Below, one piece after another: positions 23,977-33,198 of a DNA stretch of 63,708 nt; within the stretch, counting starts at the first letter, position 1, and every line of letters starts with the position of its first letter. The notes below the pieces were generated by a model. It was given only the letters and a program-made list of their open reading frames with translations. It had not been told where the DNA came from and made no database searches. The DNA comes from Thecamonas trahens ATCC 50062 (lineage: Eukaryota; Protista; Apusomonadida): assembly GCF_000142905.1 (NCBI RefSeq), contig NW_013657651.1:248001-311708 (forward strand), in the 5' to 3' direction. A program made the translations under genes and the position numbers.

Positions 23977-24560
23977 GGCTGCTGCTGTGGTGATACGGCG
24001 GATTGAAGAGAGCATTGGGGCCTTGAACGTGCTGTCGCCTGGCTCGCTCGTCGGCGCAAGAGGCCTCTCTCGCTGGCTTTCCGGCCAAACTGAGTGGCTC
24101 GATCTTGGGGATCACGGCGACCCGGCAGGCCTTTCATGCCGCCGCCCCAAGGTTGCCATCAAGTGGGCTCACAATGGCTTCTGATCAACTCGGCCTTGAC
24201 TCTACGCAGTATATCTTGGCTGCAACCATGTGATCTGTTACACGTGTTTATTCGAGCAAGATCGGTTTTTGATCAGTGATCACGCTTCAAAATCATACCG
24301 GCCCCCCCTTCCTTTCCTGCCCTCGATTCTCATCCCTCCCCCCTTATTTCCGCACCTTTCCCTACCGTATTGCAGCCAGCACAACCACGTGCATGCGTCT
24401 CTTCCCCGGTGGCGTGATCGGCTCATCGTGTGTGTGCGGCTGGCTCATCGCGTCTTTGCTCTCGCTGCGCACCTGATTTCCATTCTGCTGCCACTGGCAC
24501 GCCGGCAACCACCTCTGCCTCCCACGCCAGGCACAAGACTCCTCTCCACTGACGTCGGCG

Positions 24561-25880
24561 ATGGGTATGGGGATATCTCTGCGGACACTGGTGGCGCCTG
24601 TGGTCTTCACAGCCGCGCTGGTTGCATTGTTCTCGGCCCCCGAGGCCGTGGACGAGCTGCCGTCCCTGACTCGGCTTGCTCCAACCTGGTTCCGCTCGAC
24701 AGCTGTGGCTGCCGTGGGCGTCTACCCCCAGTCACGGACGGAGGCCTTTGCCTACGGAAGGCTGCTGGAGCGATTGGTCGTTGCAGAGGCCCGCGGCGAT
24801 GGAAAGGCGATTGATGAGGTGCTTGCGGCTGCCGCTGTGCTTGCGGGGCGCGTAGTGACTGCGCGCGAGGTCAAGGCCATCGAGGACAACACAGTGGCGG
24901 TCGAGTCCCGCCGCGGACCACTGAGCGTAGCGCTGGGCATGCTCTCGCTGGTCAACATCATGTGGCTAGTGTCGATCTTTGGCATTGCCGCCTTTTTGCT
25001 CCCGGCGCTCGCCATCTGCGTCCGCCCGCTCGTCGCCGCCCTGATCTCCGTCTTCACCCGCTGGATCCTCCCGATGCTCATTGCGCTGCAGCCAGTCTAC
25101 GAGCTGGCGATGTACGCATTTGCGGTCTTGCTGCTCGCAGAAGGTCTACGCATGCCGCCCGAGACCGGCGTTATGATTGCGCTCACCGGTGTTGTCCTCG
25201 CCGTCCCGGCCTTTGTGTACTCGACGTACTTGCACACGCACGCAAAGACGTCGATGAGTGCATTCTCGACGTGGGTGAGCGTGTTGTGCACCGTCTGGTT
25301 TGTTGTTCCGGCCATCCACTTTGATGACGCTCTCATGGCGTGGATTGCAGTGGCCTCGTTCTACTCGGCGGTCGGGTTCTCAGTCGTCCCGCTCGGCCTC
25401 AGGTACCTTGTGGGCTTCCACTCGCCAGAGACCATGGTCCGGGTCTCGATCACGTCGACTATTGTGCTCGGAACCTTTGCGGCACTGAGAGTTTGCGGGG
25501 CTGAGTATGCGGCGATGCAGCTGCTCGCTGCACCCACGTCTGTCTTTGGCACGCTCACGCTCCTCCTCGCGCAGCTCATTGCCTCATCGCGGTTCTACGC
25601 TTGGTGGTCGTTGCCGTACTATGTGCGGCAGCTGACGATGATTGCCACGCTGGGAGTCCTGCTCGGCTTTGGGGCCATCGGCGGCTCACCGGGCATGTTC
25701 AACACGGCAACGACGTTTACCGTGCTGTACGTGGTGGAAAAGGTGCTCGAGCTCGAGTTCCTCTGGTCGTCCAGCATCGCGCCGCTCACCATTCTCGCCA
25801 TTTTTGTCGCCATGTACGCCGCCTCGCTCTTCCTCGCATCACATCCGGGCTGGCTCGTCTCGATTGCGTTCAACCTGTAG
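24561..25880 (+). CDS. Uncharacterised polytopic membrane protein (~10-11 TM)
   Basis: 439-aa ORF with many hydrophobic helices and coding-like codon usage; no family recognised. Confidence 0.75.
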   Translation: MGMGISLRTLVAPVVFTAALVALFSAPEAVDELPSLTRLAPTWFRSTAVAAVGVYPQSRTEAFAYGRLLERLVVAEARGDGKAIDEVLAAAAVLAGRVVTAREVKAIEDNTVAVESRRGPLSVALGMLSLVNIMWLVSIFGIAAFLLPALAICVRPLVAALISVFTRWILPMLIALQPVYELAMYAFAVLLLAEGLRMPPETGVMIALTGVVLAVPAFVYSTYLHTHAKTSMSAFSTWVSVLCTVWFVVPAIHFDDALMAWIAVASFYSAVGFSVVPLGLRYLVGFHSPETMVRVSITSTIVLGTFAALRVCGAEYAAMQLLAAPTSVFGTLTLLLAQLIASSRFYAWWSLPYYVRQLTMIATLGVLLGFGAIGGSPGMFNTATTFTVLYVVEKVLELEFLWSSSIAPLTILAIFVAMYAASLFLASHPGWLVSIAFNL

Positions 25881-25889
25881 CGTCAGTTC

Positions 25890-27101
25890 TTACGGCTCGA
25901 GGTGGTCGAGCGGATACGGAGCGTCGATAAAGTCCAGCTCGGGGACTGCAGCGAAAAAGTCGGCAATGGGCACGTCTGCCAGCGAGCGCGGGTAGTGGCT
26001 CGTCCGCCACGACGGAGTCGAGCCGAGCTTGGACGGTGTGATGTGGTTGCGCAAGTCGGCAAGAGTGGCCGGCGACGACGCGTTGCGGACCCGGTTCTCC
26101 AGAAAGCTGAGGGTGTGGTAGGTGAAGCGATCGATGACGGCGACACCGAGCGAATGAGCCGCCGAGTACGAGTACGACGACTCGCCGATGACCGACGATC
26201 CAACAGTGACAATGCCTGGCGTGGTGACGGCCGAGAACAGCGTGTCGGCCTGACACGTGTCGGCCATGACCAGCATCTCGTTGAACCGGCCCGTCGAGGC
26301 CATCGACGCAAAGGCGTCGGCAAGATCGACCGAAGTCACCTCGCCCGAGTCCTGGAACTTGAGGAACTGGTCACCGCCGTGGCCGGTCATAAAGACCAAG
26401 ATGTTGGAGCCGGCGTCTGAGCGCAGCATCTTGGACTTGGCCGTGCCCGGCGGCGTCCGTCCGGTCAGCACTCGCAGAAAGGCCTCAGCAGTGACCTCGT
26501 ACCCGCGATAGTCGACCTCTACAGCCTCCCCATACAGATTGAGGTCGAGTGAGCCCGAGTTGAACACATGGGCCGGCTCGATGTTCCGCGAGTTGCACGC
26601 CATGTCATCTGCGAGCATAAGGATGATGTGCGAGTCCGGAATGCCCAGCCGCTGCACAGATCGGTACAGCGAGAGCGTGTTGGCAATATGCCGATAGTTG
26701 AACCAGTACCTCGAGGCACAGACAAGGACCGCCCAGTTGGACGTGTGTCCGCCATCTCCGGCCCCTCCGCCTGCTGCCGCCTTGCCCGTTGCTCCCTCGC
26801 CTGCCGCTCCCTCGCCAGCCGCCGCCTTCCCTGCCTCTCGTCTCGCCAGCCACGCTGCCGCCACATCGACTGCCTCCTCGGCCCCGTCTGTAGCCACCAC
26901 CTGGACCTTGCTCATCCCGTCCCCAGCCCCAGCCGAGGTCCCGGCCACAGGCAGAGACTCAGCGCCGTCCACCTCTGCCGCCACCGCCACCTCTGCCGCC
27001 AGCACCGCCACCGCCACCGCCACCGCTACCGCCCCCAGCCCCAGCCCCCAGCCTCTCCTGCTGCCTCTACACATAGTCCTCTGTCTCCTTTGCCCTCCCA
27101 T
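25890..27101 (-). CDS. GPI8: GPI-anchor transamidase catalytic subunit (peptidase C13, PIG-K)
   Basis: Motifs HTSNWAVLVCASRYWFNYRH, VEVDYRGYEVT, TGHGG (catalytic His), DTCQA (catalytic Cys). Signal peptide follows ATG 27101 or 27074. Confidence 0.93.
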   Translation of the reverse strand: MGGQRRQRTMCRGSRRGWGLGLGAVAVAVAVAVLAAEVAVAAEVDGAESLPVAGTSAGAGDGMSKVQVVATDGAEEAVDVAAAWLARREAGKAAAGEGAAGEGATGKAAAGGGAGDGGHTSNWAVLVCASRYWFNYRHIANTLSLYRSVQRLGIPDSHIILMLADDMACNSRNIEPAHVFNSGSLDLNLYGEAVEVDYRGYEVTAEAFLRVLTGRTPPGTAKSKMLRSDAGSNILVFMTGHGGDQFLKFQDSGEVTSVDLADAFASMASTGRFNEMLVMADTCQADTLFSAVTTPGIVTVGSSVIGESSYSYSAAHSLGVAVIDRFTYHTLSFLENRVRNASSPATLADLRNHITPSKLGSTPSWRTSHYPRSLADVPIADFFAAVPELDFIDAPYPLDHLEP

Positions 27102-27298
27102 CTTGCTTGGGCGGTGTTCGAGTGAGGTGTGGCACCCGCTTGCCCTCGCCCTCGCCCGCCCCTCCCGCCCACCCGCCGGCCAGCGAGAGCGTCGGGGCTG
27201 GACATCCGGATGCGCCGGCCAGCTGTGGTAACGAAAGGGCTTGTGTTTGTTGCGGATGGTAGTGGTAGTGGTGGTGGTGGTGGTGGTGGTGGTGGTGG

Positions 27299-28153
27299 TC
27301 AGTAGGACCAGGGGAAGACGACAAGCTCGGCGAGGTCGATGCCAGCGAGCGCGATGCCTGGAAGGACGAGGAGAGAGACCAGCCGTGCGAGCGAGTGGTT
27401 GGTGAAGCGTGCTTGCTGTGGCGGCGGAGGGCCGGCACGAAAGTCGACAAGGGGCTCCATAAAGGCGATGAGGCCCAGGACGGCGCAGGAGACGACGCCG
27501 GCCCAAATCAGCCATGATCGCGTCCGCCGCGCCACGAGCGACCACATGCAGGCAACAAAGCCGTAGCAGCAGACCCCCATCGGCGCCAGCATGCCGAGTG
27601 TCGGCACAGCGCCCAGCAGGGAAGCGCCGGCGACCGCTGCCAGCGCGAGGCTCGCCGAGCCGACCACTGCCGCCAGCCGCCATCGCACATCGTAGGCGTA
27701 CAGCATCCACACCGCCGGGACAGCGAGGCCCACCATGTGGGCAAGCCATGCGAGAAGCGCCACCCGCCACCAGAACGCATACGATCCGTCGACTCCAGGC
27801 GCATCAGCTGTGGTCAACGCCGCCGCCGAGCTCGGGCTCCGGCCGTGGAGCCCGGCCCCCGCAGCGGCGGCCACTGCTGCGGCGAGCAGACTGGCGGCAT
27901 GCCATCCGATAATCAAAACCGATGACCTCGGCCCACGGCGACGTCGTGAGCCACTTTGCCCGTGTTGGCCCGTTCGGCTCTGACCGCCATTGGCGCCCTC
28001 GCCGCGGCCCCTACTCCCACCGGCTGCCAGCCATCGGTGGAGCGGGACGGCGAGCTGGGCGGCGGCGAGCAGGACACACTCGCCAGCCACCAGAGCCTCT
28101 GTTGCCGTTGTGGCAGGGCAGTGGTCGAGGTACTGCACAACCGCAAGCACCAT
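27299..28153 (-). CDS. Uncharacterised multi-TM membrane protein
   Basis: MVLAVVQYLDHCPATTATEALVAGECV... followed by about 7 hydrophobic helices, ending FTNHSLARLVSLLVLPGIAL; start uncertain. Confidence 0.55.
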   Translation of the reverse strand: MVLAVVQYLDHCPATTATEALVAGECVLLAAAQLAVPLHRWLAAGGSRGRGEGANGGQSRTGQHGQSGSRRRRGPRSSVLIIGWHAASLLAAAVAAAAGAGLHGRSPSSAAALTTADAPGVDGSYAFWWRVALLAWLAHMVGLAVPAVWMLYAYDVRWRLAAVVGSASLALAAVAGASLLGAVPTLGMLAPMGVCCYGFVACMWSLVARRTRSWLIWAGVVSCAVLGLIAFMEPLVDFRAGPPPPQQARFTNHSLARLVSLLVLPGIALAGIDLAELVVFPWSY

Positions 28154-28292
28154 GGCGTGAGGTGCGTGGGCGACAAGTGGGTCGGAGGGCAGGTAGGCGG
28201 CGGCTGGTGGTGGTGGTGGTGGTGGTGGTGGTGGTGTTGGTGGTGTTGGGGGGCGGTGGCTCTCTGCCCTCTTTGGGCTGCCCTCTTTGGGT

Positions 28293-30701
28293 TCATTCCT
28301 TGTCGGCATCGGCGGCCGGGGACGACGACGTTGAGGGTGTGCGCTTCTTGAGGGCGGCCTCGCGGGCAAGCTGGGCGAGCTCAGCCTGCTCGACCACATA
28401 GTTGGTGAGCTCGTCGATGGAGATGCGGTCGTCGTTGTCGAGATCGATCTTGGCCCAGAGGTCGTCGAGCTGCTTCTCGGTCAGCTTGTGCTTCATCGAC
28501 GAGACGGCGAGCGCAAACTCAGCGGCGGAGATGCAGCCGTCGCCGTCGATGTCGATGGTCTTGAGCGAGGCGCCAAGCTCTGACTCGGCGTCGTGAATGT
28601 CCTCCTCAAGGGACGAGACCATCTTGGCAATCTTGCGCTCGAGCGACGAGAGGAGCTTGGTCTCGGCGACCACGCGCTTGTCCTTGGAGACAGCGGCGGC
28701 GGCGGCAGCGGCGGCGGCCGACTGTGCTTCGGCCTCGGCGGCAGCGGCGTCCTTCTCTTCGGACGCCTTGAGCGCCTCGAGCGCCTCCTTCTCCTTCTCG
28801 AGGGCCGAGTCGGAGGCAAGGGTGACGACGGCCTCCTCGAGCTGCTGCAGCTCCTCGGACGAGAGAGCGGTGACGACATCGTGCATGCGCTCCAGCGGCT
28901 CAGCGCCCGGACGGGCGGCGGCGTCGTCGTCACCGACGTCCTCGCCACGTGCTGCAGCTGCCCGCTTGGCCTCGGCGGCGATGACTGTGGCGGTGGCGGA
29001 AGCCACCGTTGCGGCGGCTGTCGCGGCCATGGTGGCATCTGCGAGCGACTTGGTGCGGATGGTGTCCTCCTGGATAGCAGTCTTGACAGCGGCGTCCTCC
29101 TCGGCCTGGCGCGCAGCCTGCTTGGCGGCGTCCTCCTTGTCCTTGAGCTCCTTGGCCTTGGCTGCTTCGCGGGCGATGGCCTCCTCCTCGATCTTGAGTA
29201 GGCGCAGCTTCTCAGCCGCGGTATCGTCGTCATCCTCGGTGTCGACCTCCTCGGCCCGAATCTCGTCGATGATCTCCTCGGGGAAGGCCAGGATGGTGTC
29301 CTGGAGGCGGACGGCCGGCGCCACCTTTTCGGAGATGAGCAGCGCGCGTGAGAGGACCAGCATGGCCGCCGGCACCTGCTCCTCGATGTGCAGATAGAGC
29401 CACTCGGAGATCTGGGCGCGAAGCTTGTCGAGGTCGACTCCGACGCCGCGCATGCCACGCGAGATGGCGGCCTGGACCAGCTCCTCATCCGAGAGCGAGT
29501 CGACGCCCTCGTCCATGATCATTAGATCGTCCTGCTTGATGGTCTCGAACCGGTTCTCGAGCTGGAACCGCAGGTACCCGGTTGTGCCGTACGGCGAAAT
29601 GCCCATGTACTTGCACATGTTCTGCAGCTGCGGCCGGGTCAGCGTGCTCAGAGTCAGCTTGTCGCCAAACAAGTTCGCCATCCGCAGGATCGACTCGTTG
29701 TCGACAGGCTCGCCGGCTTGCACCTTGCCCATGAACGAGGTCAGCTCCTCGGCGCGCGCCTCGCCGGACTTGAGCTTGGTCTCGTCAGCCACCTCGTGCA
29801 GGATCTCCTTGAGGAACTTGGCCATCTCCAGCCGGATCTTGAGCTCCTTGCGGCGCTTCTCCTTCACCTTGGCCTCGTCCTCAAACGTCGACGGCAGCAT
29901 GTTGGGGAAAATGTACAGCGCGACCGGGAGGAGGAGCTCGAGGAACGGAACGACCAGGAACATGGCCAGTGGAATGACTCGGAACAGGTCTGCCGCTGTC
30001 CGTCGCAGCTGCCGCCGCTCGCGCCGCGTCAGCTGGTTCCCGCGGACCAGCTTGATCAAGTACTTGGACGCAATGCGGGTCTCTGTGCCCAGCATCTTGA
30101 ACCCGGTCCAGTGGTGGTGGGCCATCTTCTTGGTCGCCACCCACATCTTAGCCAGTCGCGACTGCGCCTCGGCAGCCTCGGCCTCGGTCTCCTTCTTGCT
30201 TATCTTTCCGCTCTTCTTGCCCTCGTCCTCGTTGTCTGCCCACACCGGCCGCGCCGTGCTCAACGCCCGCAGCGCCCCGCCGGCCACGGACCGGCCCCCG
30301 CCGGCCTGCAGCAGCATCCGCGCGAGGCCCGGCGGCGGCGGCGCGCCCCATGCCCACCCAGACTGCCGGCCGAGTAGCGCCAGCGTCCGCCCGCTGCCTG
30401 GGGCCGAGACTGAGGCGAGGGACGGAGCCGGCGCCGAAGGCACCAAGGCTCGGGAGGCAGCCCGGGCCGAGAACAGCCTTGCGGCACCACCAGAGCAGCT
30501 CACGGTGTGGAGCGAGTTGGCCACAGCACCATGGAGAGCATGCCTCGCAGCAGCACCGCTACCGGCGGCACTCTCGCTCAACTGCGACCGAGCCGCTCCG
30601 CCGCCTCCACTCGCTGACCCCGCACGGACAGCCCGGACTGCCCGGACTGCCCGCACAGCCGCCAGCGACGACCGTCCCGCGCGCATGGTGTACGTGTGCA
30701 T
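28293..30701 (-). CDS. LETM1: LETM1 mitochondrial inner-membrane protein with EF-hands
   Basis: Arg/Ala-rich presequence; HHHWTGFKML, LTRRERRQLRRTAADLFR, VPFLELLLPVAL..FPNMLPSTF; EF-hand loops DIDGDGCISAAE and DLDNDDRISIDE. Confidence 0.93.
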   Translation of the reverse strand: MHTYTMRAGRSSLAAVRAVRAVRAVRAGSASGGGGAARSQLSESAAGSGAAARHALHGAVANSLHTVSCSGGAARLFSARAASRALVPSAPAPSLASVSAPGSGRTLALLGRQSGWAWGAPPPPGLARMLLQAGGGRSVAGGALRALSTARPVWADNEDEGKKSGKISKKETEAEAAEAQSRLAKMWVATKKMAHHHWTGFKMLGTETRIASKYLIKLVRGNQLTRRERRQLRRTAADLFRVIPLAMFLVVPFLELLLPVALYIFPNMLPSTFEDEAKVKEKRRKELKIRLEMAKFLKEILHEVADETKLKSGEARAEELTSFMGKVQAGEPVDNESILRMANLFGDKLTLSTLTRPQLQNMCKYMGISPYGTTGYLRFQLENRFETIKQDDLMIMDEGVDSLSDEELVQAAISRGMRGVGVDLDKLRAQISEWLYLHIEEQVPAAMLVLSRALLISEKVAPAVRLQDTILAFPEEIIDEIRAEEVDTEDDDDTAAEKLRLLKIEEEAIAREAAKAKELKDKEDAAKQAARQAEEDAAVKTAIQEDTIRTKSLADATMAATAAATVASATATVIAAEAKRAAAARGEDVGDDDAAARPGAEPLERMHDVVTALSSEELQQLEEAVVTLASDSALEKEKEALEALKASEEKDAAAAEAEAQSAAAAAAAAAVSKDKRVVAETKLLSSLERKIAKMVSSLEEDIHDAESELGASLKTIDIDGDGCISAAEFALAVSSMKHKLTEKQLDDLWAKIDLDNDDRISIDELTNYVVEQAELAQLAREAALKKRTPSTSSSPAADADKE

Positions 30702-31147
30702 GAGTATAATAGATATACGTCAGCCACCCGTAGACCTTCTCCAGTCGAGTCTGTCCACCCACTTTTACTTCTACTACCTCTCCCATACACGCCCCCCCCC
30801 CCCCCCCCCCCCCTCTGCCTCTCCCGTTCCCGTTCCCGTGTCGCTCAACGTTCGCCATGTCGCGTATTCACAGTCGCCAGACCGTCCGACCGCCAGCAGC
30901 CCGTCACCCGCCAGCCGACCAGCCGACACGTTGCCGGCCGACCAGGTGATCACCCGCTCCCTCCCCATCCCGCCCACTTCAGCCATTCCAAGCCAATTCC
31001 CTCCTGCCCTCTCAAGACCTTCGCCCTCAACAGCTCCACCCTCTACTCTACCGCATCTCCCGTGCCGATCGCCGTCATCGAATCCCTTCCCTCCCTCCCT
31101 CCCTCCCCCTTCTCGTCAGCCACAACCTCTCCTGACTCGCACTGATC

Positions 31148-32809
31148 ATGTGGGCCGCACGCGGGATCGGGAGCGTACTGCGCTTCCTCTACACCACGCC
31201 CAGAGCCTCCAAGCTCTTCTCCGGTCACCCTTGCTCACAGCTACCCACCCGCGCCCTCGCCTTGTACGCAGTGGTGGCCGGGAGCGGTAGCGTCCGTCTC
31301 GGCCGGGCGTGGATGGGCCGACAGCAGACTCGCCGGCCAGGCGGGGCAAGCGACGGACGAGGGCGGGGTGTGAGGCAGGCACAGGCACAGCTCTCGCAGC
31401 AGACTCGGGAGTACACTGCAGGGATGGACCGTCGCCCGCCGAACCTGTATCGGACTCTGGAGGTGCATCCTCAGGCAAAGGAGGGTCGGAAGCCGTTTGC
31501 CCTCGGCGACGTGGCTTGGCTCGGATTTGACCTCGACCACACGCTCGTGCGGTACAAGATGGACGTCTTTATGCCGCTCTGCGCATCAGCCATTCTCCAG
31601 CACCTCGTGACTGCGCTCGACTATCCTCAGAAGCTGGTGGAAGCTGATTTCGACTTTTCGTTTGCCAAGAAGGGCCTCATCATCGACAAGGAGCTCGGCA
31701 ATGTGGTCAAGCTCGATTGCCAGGGTCGGGTTCTGCAGGGCGCCCACGGGTCTCGCTGGCTCTCGGCGAGTGAGCTGGCGGCGGCGTACGGCGCCGATCC
31801 GCTGCCGGGCTTTGAGGGCCGGTCGTCGGAGCGGTACTGGCCGCTCAACACCTTTTTCGACATTCCGGTCGCGCCGGTCTTCGCCGCCATGGTCGATCTC
31901 GAGACCGGCAAGTCGTACACCCAGCTCACGCTCGACATCTACGACTCGGTCTCGCACAACTACCTCTCGTTTGACGGCGGATACTACTTTGGCGCCTTTA
32001 AGGAGACGCCCGAAAAGTACGTCCACAAGCGCGACGAGATCAAGGCCTGGCTCGCCTCGCTCAAGGCCTCGGGCTCTCACAAGCTCTTTGTCGCCACCAA
32101 CTCGATGCCGGCGTACTCAAAGCTCCTTCTCGACTTTGCTTTTGGTCCCGGCGAGTGGGAGCCGCTCTTTGATCTTGTCCTCTTCAAGTGCTGCAAGCCG
32201 GCGTTCTTCACCGAGGCTGCCCCGTTCCAAGCCGTCACCTTTTCGCCGCGCTCCGATGCGCCGCCACCCGCCGACGGCTCGTACGTCCCTGTCGACGTCG
32301 CCTTTCGTGATCTTGCGCCCGGCGAGACCATTCAGATAGGAGGCATGTACCACTACGGCAACGCCGCCGACCTTCACGCTGCGCTCGACGTCGAGCCTGC
32401 CGACATTGCCTACTTTGGCGACCACATCCCGTACGACTGCGGCGCTGCCAAGATCCATGCCGGCTGGCGGACCGTTGGCGTCGTGGAGGAGGTTGACTAC
32501 GACCGCTCGCCGCACTCGGACCCACAGGCTTACAACTCCTGGTCGTGCTTCTTCACCTACGACCCAGTTGCCGAAATCAACACCGCCGTGCTCCCGGACC
32601 CGGCCTCATCCGAGACCTACTACAAAAAGTGGATGGACGAGGCGTGCGATGCCGTCGTTCCCGACCTCAACCATCTCATCGGCGTCGAGCTCGATACTGT
32701 CCTCAACACCTCGTCGTTCTTTGTCAATCCGGCCGTTCCGCCGCTCCCGCCGCCCGGCGTCACCCACCTCCACCTCGATGGCGACGTTGCCGAGACCAGT
32801 GAGCAGTAG
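31148..32809 (+). CDS. HAD-superfamily 5'-nucleotidase (NT5DC1/cN-II-like)
   Basis: Motifs GFDLDHTLVRY, FVATNS, KPAFF, YFGDHI..D, GWRTVGVVEE; possible mitochondrial presequence. Confidence 0.88.
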   Translation: MWAARGIGSVLRFLYTTPRASKLFSGHPCSQLPTRALALYAVVAGSGSVRLGRAWMGRQQTRRPGGASDGRGRGVRQAQAQLSQQTREYTAGMDRRPPNLYRTLEVHPQAKEGRKPFALGDVAWLGFDLDHTLVRYKMDVFMPLCASAILQHLVTALDYPQKLVEADFDFSFAKKGLIIDKELGNVVKLDCQGRVLQGAHGSRWLSASELAAAYGADPLPGFEGRSSERYWPLNTFFDIPVAPVFAAMVDLETGKSYTQLTLDIYDSVSHNYLSFDGGYYFGAFKETPEKYVHKRDEIKAWLASLKASGSHKLFVATNSMPAYSKLLLDFAFGPGEWEPLFDLVLFKCCKPAFFTEAAPFQAVTFSPRSDAPPPADGSYVPVDVAFRDLAPGETIQIGGMYHYGNAADLHAALDVEPADIAYFGDHIPYDCGAAKIHAGWRTVGVVEEVDYDRSPHSDPQAYNSWSCFFTYDPVAEINTAVLPDPASSETYYKKWMDEACDAVVPDLNHLIGVELDTVLNTSSFFVNPAVPPLPPPGVTHLHLDGDVAETSEQ

Positions 32810-33198
32810 CAAACTCCACTCCACACTGGTACTGTACCACCATACGCCCCCCCCCCCCCCCCTTTTTCCAGCCTCTCCCACACTCGGCATCGTCTTTGTC
32901 ACCGCCGGCAAAATCTTCACCGCCTGCCCAATCTTCAGCAGTGATTTTATTGCTCAATCACCTTCGCTGCCACCGTGACGGGCTCAATTTCCCCCCCCCC
33001 TCCCCCCCCACCCCCCCTCCCCCCTCCACGACACGCGCGCACCCACGCTTGCACCACGCGTGGGTCCTGCCACAACCCACTCCCACGTCACTCAGCTCTG
33101 TAACTCAGTAGAGTCCTCTCTCGCCCTCCCCCTTGTCAGGCTTCATACCCTCCCTTTCTCTGCTCTCTCCCCCCCTCGCCCCGGCTCACCATTCCAAT

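Noticed and set aside
27102-27770. N-terminal ~220 aa of the 626-aa GPI8 ORF
   Set aside because: Overlaps the upstream membrane-protein gene and a (CAC)n microsatellite; the signal peptide begins only after ATG 27101/27074.
29425-31290. 621-aa plus-strand ORF
   Set aside because: Mostly antisense to LETM1, running into low-complexity intergenic DNA.
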